From: Verrucomicrobiota bacterium
Lineage (GTDB): Bacteria; Verrucomicrobiota; Verrucomicrobiia; Chthoniobacterales; UBA6821
Assembly: GCA_008932965.1 (NCBI GenBank)
Contig: WBXG01000014.1
Coordinates: forward strand, 188-32,187
Direction: 5' to 3'
Length of the DNA: 32,000 bases
Both the position numbers and the translations under genes were made by a program. Numbering within the stretch: position 1 is the stretch's first letter; the number at the start of each line of letters is the position of its first letter. This document shows, in pieces, positions 17,851 to 24,465 of this stretch. The notes beneath the pieces were generated by a model. The model was given only the letters and a program-made list of their open reading frames with translations, was not told where the DNA came from and did not search any database.

Positions 17851-20403
17851 TCAATGAGTCATATATTTTCCTGTCACACTTCTTGAACACGCAGCCACAG
17901 CCTCAGGCGTACCAGCAATGAGCAGCTCTCCCCCTCCGTCGCCTCCCTCAGGACCAAGATCAATCACCCAGTCAGCAGATTGAATCACAGCGATATGATG
18001 CTCGATGACAATGACGGTATTTCCTCGATCGCGTAGTTGAAATAAGACTTCCAAGAGTTTTTGAATATCACTTGCGTGCAGTCCTGTGGTCGGCTCATCG
18101 AGCAAGTAGAGCGTCTTTCCTGTTTCTCTTTTGCCAAGTTCAGCAGCTAACTTAAGACGTTGTGCTTCTCCTCCAGAGAGAGTTGTCGCTGATTGTCCTA
18201 ATTTTAGATAGCCAAGGCCGACTTCGTGGAGTCGCGCTAATTTTCGATGGATCACGGGAATGGCTCTAAAAAAAGAAAGTGCTTCTTCAACATTCATCTC
18301 CAGCACATCTGCAATACTGCGCCCTTTAAAGGTAATTTCAAGAGCTTCACGTTGAAAGCGTCGTCCTTCGCAAACATCACAAGGGACAAAAACATCGGCT
18401 AAGAAATGCATTTCAATACGACGCATCCCCTCACCCCGACAATGCTCACAACGGCCACCTTTTACATTACAGGAAAAATATCCTGGTCTATATCCACGCA
18501 CTTTTGCAGCTGGTAAATTCGTGAAAAGATCGCGAATCAACCCAAAAATTTCGATGTAGGTTGCAGGATTGGAGCGTGGTGTCTTCCCAATAGGGCTTTG
18601 ATCAACAACAATGATTTTATCAATCTGTTCGCAACCCAAAAGAGTATCATGCTTACCGACTGCTATTTTAGAATGATGGAGTTGCTTCATCACAGCTGGA
18701 TAGAGAATTTTATTCACAAGCGTTGATTTTCCACTTCCGGAGACTCCTGTAACAGACGTCACGAGGCCTATTGGAAATCCAACAGTGAGATTTTTTAAAT
18801 TATTTTCACAAGCTCCCACAACCGTAATCCAGCCAGGATGAGGGGCTAGGAGAGGTGGAGCTGAACACCGTTTTGCAGGAGCCCCAATCCTTAATGCTCC
18901 GCTCAAGTAACGACCCGATAAGGAACGCGGGTTTGCGATGATTTGCTCCAGTGTTCCTGCAGCCATGATCTCTCCCCCCTCTAATCCAGCTCCAGGACCC
19001 ATATCAATAATGTAATCGGCTGCACGCATCGTCTCCTCATCATGCTCCACCACAATCACACTATTTCCTAAATTTCGCAAATCATAGAGAGTCTTGAGTA
19101 GACGTGTGTGATCACGTGGATGCAGACCAATACTCGGTTCATCTAGAACATAGAGAACACCTGAGAGAGCTGATCCCACTTGTGTTGCTAAGCGAAGACG
19201 TTGCGTCTCACCACCCGAGAGCGTCCCACTTTCACGATGGAGTGTTATATAACCAAGCCCTACCTCTTCTAGAAAATGCAACCGTTTTAGAATTTCTTGA
19301 ATCACTTCTTGAACGACCAGATATTCAGATTCCGAAAAGAAAATATGTTCACATACTTTTTTTGCCTGAGTGAGTGAGAGTTGACAGAAATCATGAATGT
19401 TCCACTCACGTCGATACTGCTCGGTTTGCTCGACAATGGTCACTGCTATTATTTCAGGACGAAAACGCTTCCCCTGACAGACAGGACAAATCAACGTTTT
19501 AGAAGGATGAGGGAGCAGCCCCCCTCCTTGGCAATGGGGACAGGCTCCTAGCAGACTATTAAAAGAAAAACTTTTGGGAATCAGCGGAGGCATTGTAAAG
19601 CCAGTTTTAGGATTACAAAAATCAGTGGAAAAATAACGTTCTTCCCAAAGGTCACTTCCTGGGCATTGTGTCAAATTTAGGATACGATTTTTTCCCCACC
19701 GTAAGGCAGTGCCAAGAGAATCGTGCAAACGTTGTCCAATACCCTCTCCGACAATGAGCCGATCTACCACCACTTCCAGCTGGTGTACTTTCTTTTTTGA
19801 AAAAGAAAAAGTATCCGCTTCCTCAGTACTCACGATAGTCCCATCAATCCGCATCCTTACGAATCCTTCACGCCGCACGCGGTCCAGCACCTCTTCATAC
19901 GACTCACCTTCAGCACGCGCAAGTGGAGAGAGGAGCATCATCCTTGTTCCTGTAGGAAATTTTAAAATCTCATCAGCAATTTGTTGGAGTGACTGTCTTT
20001 GAATAACCTCCCCACTTTTGGGATCATGTGCTACTCCTACAGATGCAAAAAGGAGCCTCAAATAATCATAGATTTCTGTTGTTGTAGCGACCGTTGAACG
20101 AGCACTAGGAGAGGCCATATGTTGACCGATAGCAATGGCAGGTGATAATCCCTCAATAAAGTCAACATCTGGCCGTTGCAAGCGATCAAGAAACTGACGT
20201 GCATAGGCAGAAAGAGTCTCTACATAACGCCTCTGCCCTTCGGCAAAAAGGGTATCAAAGGCCAGAGAGGATTTTCCCGAACCACTTGGTCCAGTGATCA
20301 CCACCAACTGATTTTTAGGAATCGAGAGATCGAGGTTTTTTAAATTATGCTGACGTGCTCCTTTAATACGAATAACGCCCGAAGAGGAAAAAATATTTTT
20401 CAT
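17851..20403 (-). CDS. uvrA: Excinuclease ABC subunit A, short form lacking the insertion domain
   Basis: Two ABC ATPase modules: GPSGSGKSSLAFDTL and GVSGSGKSTLVN Walker A, two LSGGE signatures, and YVLDEPSIGLH and YLLDEPTTGLH Walker B. 850 aa against about 940 for E. coli (recalled). Confidence 0.93.
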   Translation of the reverse strand: MKNIFSSSGVIRIKGARQHNLKNLDLSIPKNQLVVITGPSGSGKSSLAFDTLFAEGQRRYVETLSAYARQFLDRLQRPDVDFIEGLSPAIAIGQHMASPSARSTVATTTEIYDYLRLLFASVGVAHDPKSGEVIQRQSLQQIADEILKFPTGTRMMLLSPLARAEGESYEEVLDRVRREGFVRMRIDGTIVSTEEADTFSFSKKKVHQLEVVVDRLIVGEGIGQRLHDSLGTALRWGKNRILNLTQCPGSDLWEERYFSTDFCNPKTGFTMPPLIPKSFSFNSLLGACPHCQGGGLLPHPSKTLICPVCQGKRFRPEIIAVTIVEQTEQYRREWNIHDFCQLSLTQAKKVCEHIFFSESEYLVVQEVIQEILKRLHFLEEVGLGYITLHRESGTLSGGETQRLRLATQVGSALSGVLYVLDEPSIGLHPRDHTRLLKTLYDLRNLGNSVIVVEHDEETMRAADYIIDMGPGAGLEGGEIMAAGTLEQIIANPRSLSGRYLSGALRIGAPAKRCSAPPLLAPHPGWITVVGACENNLKNLTVGFPIGLVTSVTGVSGSGKSTLVNKILYPAVMKQLHHSKIAVGKHDTLLGCEQIDKIIVVDQSPIGKTPRSNPATYIEIFGLIRDLFTNLPAAKVRGYRPGYFSCNVKGGRCEHCRGEGMRRIEMHFLADVFVPCDVCEGRRFQREALEITFKGRSIADVLEMNVEEALSFFRAIPVIHRKLARLHEVGLGYLKLGQSATTLSGGEAQRLKLAAELGKRETGKTLYLLDEPTTGLHASDIQKLLEVLFQLRDRGNTVIVIEHHIAVIQSADWVIDLGPEGGDGGGELLIAGTPEAVAACSRSVTGKYMTH

Positions 20404-20429
20404 AACATCACAAATCCTTACCTAAACTA

Positions 20430-20606
20430 ACCCGGATATTTCATGCTAATGGTGACGAGGAGGCCGCGAAGGTTGATAGAGGAGGGCACGCGATCAAGTC
20501 TGACGAGATAGGCGTTTGTACACACTGCCCAAGGAAGACTTCGAATCCAACGCTCTATTCATAGAGCTTTGCACATGCCTTTATAAATTGAGTGTGAAAT
20601 ATCCGG
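20430..20606 (+). mobile_element. 177-bp intergenic MITE copy between tRNA-Ser and uvrA
   Basis: ACCCGGATATTTCATGCTAATGGTGACGAGGAGGCCGCGAAGG ... GGAAGACTTCGAATCC ... GTGTGAAATATCCGG. TA at 20428-20429 and 20607-20608. The right TIR is one base shorter than the left. Confidence 0.85.
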
Positions 20607-20642
20607 TATAGCGGAGCAGTCGCATTCATGAGTAACAAAAAC

Positions 20643-20729
20643 TGGTGAGGGAGGGATTCGAACCCTCGGTACCTTTTACAGTACGGCGCTTTAGCAAAGC
20701 GCTGCTTTCGACCACTCAGCCACCTCACC
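20643..20729 (-). tRNA. tRNA-Ser (anticodon GCU), class II with a long variable arm
   Basis: The reverse complement is GGTGAGGTGGCTGAGTGGTCGAAAGCAGCGCTTTGCTAAAGCGCCGTACTGTAAAAGGTACCGAGGGTTCGAATCCCTCCCTCACCA. It has a 7-bp acceptor stem GGTGAGG/CCTCACC, anticodon stem GCGCT/AGCGC with loop TTGCTAA, a T-arm GAGGG-TTCGAAT-CCCTC and a long extra arm. CCA is not encoded. Confidence 0.9.
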
Positions 20730-20860
20730 TAAGATTATTATTTCAAGAGCGAGGATTCTGTAAGAGAGGACTCGCAAGGTCAACTTGAAAGCTGCTTAGG
20801 AATAAAAATAGGGGTATCCCAACATGGGGTTCCTACTCTACTCTCTAACTATTCATTTTT

Positions 20861-21910
20861 ATGATGACTTCAATGCCTCCTGTTAAGACAACTGCGAAAC
20901 AACTCCTTATTACCGGATCTACCGGCTTTGTAGGACGCAATTTGCTGATTCACGCTCTGAAGGATCCGAGCTGGTCTCAAATCATTCTTCCTGTCAGAAA
21001 TCCAAAGAAACTTCTTGAACAACTCCACCAGGATCATCTCCATGGGTATTTAGATCGCTTGCACCTCTGCACCGTGAGCAACAATACATGGAACTTAGAA
21101 GGGATCGAGGATCTTGACCTAGCGATTCACTGTGCTGGACTCACCTTCTCTCGTGACCGAGATCCTTATTTTGCAACACATGTAGAGGGCTCTCTCCATC
21201 TGCTAGAATCACTCCCAAAGCACTCGCGTCTCCTTGTACTCTCCTCCCAATCAGCAGCTGGACCGAGCTCTAAGATTATCCCAATACGTAGAGAAAACCA
21301 TCTTGAAAAACCCCTCACCTGGTATGGAAAATCGAAATTAGCAATGGAAAAAAATCTCTCGCTGCTCGCCTATGAACGGCTTCTTATCCTGCGTCCTCCT
21401 ATGATTCTTGGCCCCCGTGATACGGCGACAGTTCCCCTTTTTAACATGGCTAAGGGACGAGTACGTTTTAAACCTGGTTTTAAAAAAAAGGAATATAGTT
21501 GGATTGCGGTCGATGACTTATGTGATGCAATACTTCTTGCTGCAAGGAACGATTGGAGCTCCCTTCCCCAGCGTTGTTATTTTTTAGCACATCCAAAAAC
21601 ATTGACTGATGTCGCATTGCTTAAGACAACAGCTGAAATAATTCATGCAAGTGGTATTACTCTTCCTTTACCTCATGCTCTGATCCAATGCATTTCAAGA
21701 GTAGCTGATCTGGTACCAACGCTGAGAGAAGCCCTTCCTAGCTTGGGTCGTGATCGGGTTAAAGAAATATTTGAACAGCGTTGGGTGATTGATGGAAAAC
21801 CTTTCGAACGCGATTTTCAGTGGAAAGCTCAAAAAGATCTTCGTGAGACTTTACAAGAAACAGCTGTTTGGTTAGAGAGAAACAGAAGTTCGAAGAGTAA
21901 ATCGCAATAG
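20861..21910 (+). CDS. NAD(P)-dependent epimerase/dehydratase-family (extended SDR) protein
   Basis: Rossmann motif ITGSTGFVGRNLL, catalytic YGKSK (YxxxK), 349 aa. Substrate unknown. The last ~8 codons may derive from the adjacent repeat remnant. Confidence 0.8.
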   Translation: MMTSMPPVKTTAKQLLITGSTGFVGRNLLIHALKDPSWSQIILPVRNPKKLLEQLHQDHLHGYLDRLHLCTVSNNTWNLEGIEDLDLAIHCAGLTFSRDRDPYFATHVEGSLHLLESLPKHSRLLVLSSQSAAGPSSKIIPIRRENHLEKPLTWYGKSKLAMEKNLSLLAYERLLILRPPMILGPRDTATVPLFNMAKGRVRFKPGFKKKEYSWIAVDDLCDAILLAARNDWSSLPQRCYFLAHPKTLTDVALLKTTAEIIHASGITLPLPHALIQCISRVADLVPTLREALPSLGRDRVKEIFEQRWVIDGKPFERDFQWKAQKDLRETLQETAVWLERNRSSKSKSQ

Positions 21911-21975
21911 GATTCTAACACAGCATCCATCTGAATTCCCGGCTTCCGTAGGTGATCGTGATGAAATATGCGGGT
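21911..21975 (+). repeat. Right-half MITE remnant between two convergent genes
   Basis: GATTCTAACACAGCATCCATCTGAATTCCCGGCTTCCGTAGGTGATCGTGATGAAATATGCGGGT is nearly identical to the right half of copy 16351-16528. Followed by TA (21976-21977). Weaker similarity may extend left to about 21884. Confidence 0.8.
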
Positions 21976-24206
21976 TAAGGAAACGCTGGAACCGTGTAGG
22001 GAATATCACCTGCATAGGGATAAAGATTGATGACATAAAGTCCACTTGAAGAGCCGGTAGGGTCGCCCCCTTTTTCTTTTGCGTTAAGCACTCGTTGATA
22101 AGCTTCGCAAGCAATTCTTGTGACTCTTGCTTGCATTTCTGGATGATCTTCATAGTGACGCATGACGCAATAGATAGCTTTTAATTCAGCCAGTCGTTCT
22201 TGGACGTAAGGTTCTATGGGATCACTAGAAGGACTTGAATTTTTGAGTTTTTGATAATGATTTTTTATATCACTGAGTACATTTTGATAACTCAGCTCTT
22301 GGGTGGTTACTCTGGGGCCAGGCTTATAGAGCAATTGACCATCTGATTGTGATTGGCTTTCCAATTTATTTGCATAGGTGATTTCGGCACGGCTTTTAGA
22401 GTTTAAGTAGCGAGCACTTAAATAAACAGTAAATTGTCTAGGCATCGAAGCAGAAGTAACGACTCGATTTACTATTTTAAAAGTACGACTTTCAAAACCG
22501 ACCCCTGAAGTGATTTCCTCGTTGAGTTGGTCTTCATTCTCTACGCTATCTTGGGCTTGATGCGCTATTTCAGGAAGATTGTCGGCGCTTGTCATTCCCA
22601 ATAAATGTCGGGTGTCATCGACTAAATGAACCACATCATGAGTTAAATCATTACCTGTTCCATGTAACGCAGCCTCTGAAGCATAATAACCAGATAAAAG
22701 AAATAATTCATGGCTGAGTGCTTCTGAATAGGGAATCCCAGTCGCAGCAACGGCATGATCGATCACACCACCCACAAGAGTATTCTGAATACTTTCACCT
22801 AGCATGGCACCAACAGTTGTATGATATGCAATATTAGCACCAGCATTGGCACCCGTGAGAGCATTCACATCACTCTGGGGGCTCAAGGCCTCATCAACCT
22901 TAGCATCCCAATAAGTTGTTACATAACCAACACCCCAACCAGCAGCCACCCCTGCAATGATACCAATCCCGAGAGCTCCAACCGGAAGTAATGCCGTGCC
23001 AAGGGCTCCTGTTGCCAGTGGTGCTCCCAAGTGTGCTACAGCAGTAGTAACTGCAGGGCCAACTGAGTAGCCTTTTAAAAGCATTCCTATTTTGATGAGA
23101 TCTCCAGGGGTTTTTAGTAACTCTTTTCCAGTTTCAGTCAGTTTCTTTAAACAGCGTTGTTCCTCAAGTGATAGTTTTTCAAATTTTTCCTCTGCCTCAC
23201 ATCTTACACGATTTTCTCTGTGTTCGCTCAGTATACCCGATTGCAAAGGAATGAGTTCAGCCACGCGATCCAAACCTGCGTAACAGTCATCGATCATCGC
23301 TTTTGCTTGACGATAGCCTAGAGGAGAGTTCGGCTCGTGTTGAAGAAAGGGTTGAGGGAGTTGATCTCCAAATTGAGCTTGAATGGCTTGAGAAAATCTT
23401 TTCCAGATCGCTCGTGACTGATCTTCCGTTGGTGGTTCTTGTTGAAAAAGTATTTTATTCTCTTCATCTGTTAGCAAAAAACCATCCTCCTCTTGGCATA
23501 AAATATCAGTAAAAGGCTTCAGTAAATGGTGAGCATTCTCTCTAGCGCTCTGAGCAAGAACATAAGTCCCCTCCAGCATCTCCTCTCTGGCTTGGGGATC
23601 TAGATTTTTAATATCTTCAAACGCATCACTCAGTGAATGAGCTACCTCATTAAAAGCTGGAGGTTCCTGATTTGAGGAGTGGCTAGAAATCTGCCCAACT
23701 TGCTCTGCCTCTCTTGTTTTGATTTCTTGAAAAGCTTGGTAAGCCTCTAAGGCAACTCTAGAAATCTCATTTTTGACTTTTTCTAAGTTCTCCGCTGAAG
23801 AGTTGTTAGGAATCCCTACCTTGATTCTAATAGCTTCCTCGTGAAATTTTTTAAGATTGTTGTTAGGTGAACGATCACTTCTGGAATTTTTTTGAAGCTC
23901 CTTATCCATGATTTGTATTGCTTTGATTTTGGTTATAGCAAGGCTCCTAATTGCCTCACGATCATCATTCTCTTGTTCACCATTGTGATGATTGTAATAG
24001 GAGCGATTGGTATATCCAAACCAACTACCCAAAAAGGAGAGACGACTCCTTTCCGTTTCTTTCACTTTTCCTGAGGAATTATTGGGCGATACTTGCTTCA
24101 ATGATCCAGAAGAACTGACAGTGGCATTATCATTAGATTTAGAGGTAAAGGGATAAAAACTAGGTAAACTAGAAATAATCCGCGAAAATAAATTTTGTGC
24201 GCTCAT
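21975..24206 (-). CDS. Hypothetical 743-aa protein with a central glycine-zipper / bilobed hydrophobic segment
   Basis: A long uninterrupted ORF with no signal peptide and a hydrophilic Ser/Asn-rich N-terminus. Residues ~372-433 read GMLLKGYSVGPAVTTAVAHLGAPLATGALGTALLPVGALGIGIIAGVAAGWGVGYVTTYW. I recognise no family motif. Confidence 0.6.
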   Translation of the reverse strand: MSAQNLFSRIISSLPSFYPFTSKSNDNATVSSSGSLKQVSPNNSSGKVKETERSRLSFLGSWFGYTNRSYYNHHNGEQENDDREAIRSLAITKIKAIQIMDKELQKNSRSDRSPNNNLKKFHEEAIRIKVGIPNNSSAENLEKVKNEISRVALEAYQAFQEIKTREAEQVGQISSHSSNQEPPAFNEVAHSLSDAFEDIKNLDPQAREEMLEGTYVLAQSARENAHHLLKPFTDILCQEEDGFLLTDEENKILFQQEPPTEDQSRAIWKRFSQAIQAQFGDQLPQPFLQHEPNSPLGYRQAKAMIDDCYAGLDRVAELIPLQSGILSEHRENRVRCEAEEKFEKLSLEEQRCLKKLTETGKELLKTPGDLIKIGMLLKGYSVGPAVTTAVAHLGAPLATGALGTALLPVGALGIGIIAGVAAGWGVGYVTTYWDAKVDEALSPQSDVNALTGANAGANIAYHTTVGAMLGESIQNTLVGGVIDHAVAATGIPYSEALSHELFLLSGYYASEAALHGTGNDLTHDVVHLVDDTRHLLGMTSADNLPEIAHQAQDSVENEDQLNEEITSGVGFESRTFKIVNRVVTSASMPRQFTVYLSARYLNSKSRAEITYANKLESQSQSDGQLLYKPGPRVTTQELSYQNVLSDIKNHYQKLKNSSPSSDPIEPYVQERLAELKAIYCVMRHYEDHPEMQARVTRIACEAYQRVLNAKEKGGDPTGSSSGLYVINLYPYAGDIPYTVPAFP

Positions 24207-24465
24207 GATAAATCAGTAGAAAAGAAATTACTCGGTAGTATTACTATGGACCCAATATCCGATAGATTCTTAAGATAGTAAGAGGAAATAAAAGAAGGTA
24301 GGATGCCCTCATTTCTAGAATGCGTTACAGCTATCTTGGTAATACAGATCAAGGACCTTGTTAAAATTGGTCAAAACTGATTTTTTATTCAAATATTTTT
24401 TACCCTCACTTTCCGTAACGAAATCTAGCACGCTCTTCTTGAGCAGTTGTGTTGATACAATCACC

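Noticed and set aside
17699-17921. Two overlapping small ORFs (17699-17890 minus, 17715-17921 plus) between uvrA and hisG.
   Set aside because: Both are made almost entirely of MITE copy 17693-17835 plus the uvrA 3' end, with no independent coding signal.
21872-22153. 93-aa minus-strand ORF overlapping the end of the 743-aa ORF and the SDR gene's 3' end.
   Set aside because: It is an alternate frame of the much longer 21975-24206 ORF and runs through the repeat remnant, so it is likely spurious.
24210-24290. Possible very degenerate right-TIR and left-TIR remnants upstream of the 743-aa ORF (AATCAGTAGAAAAGAAATTACTCGGTA ... ACCCAATATCCGATAGATTC).
   Set aside because: The similarity needs several indels and is within the range of chance for AT-rich spacer. 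It needs a profile search.
24358-24465. The tracked TTG start at 24358 for the TPR protein.
   Set aside because: The first 36 residues lack a signal peptide and look non-coding. ATG 24466 gives a classic hydrophobic signal sequence, so I prefer it, though without experimental support.
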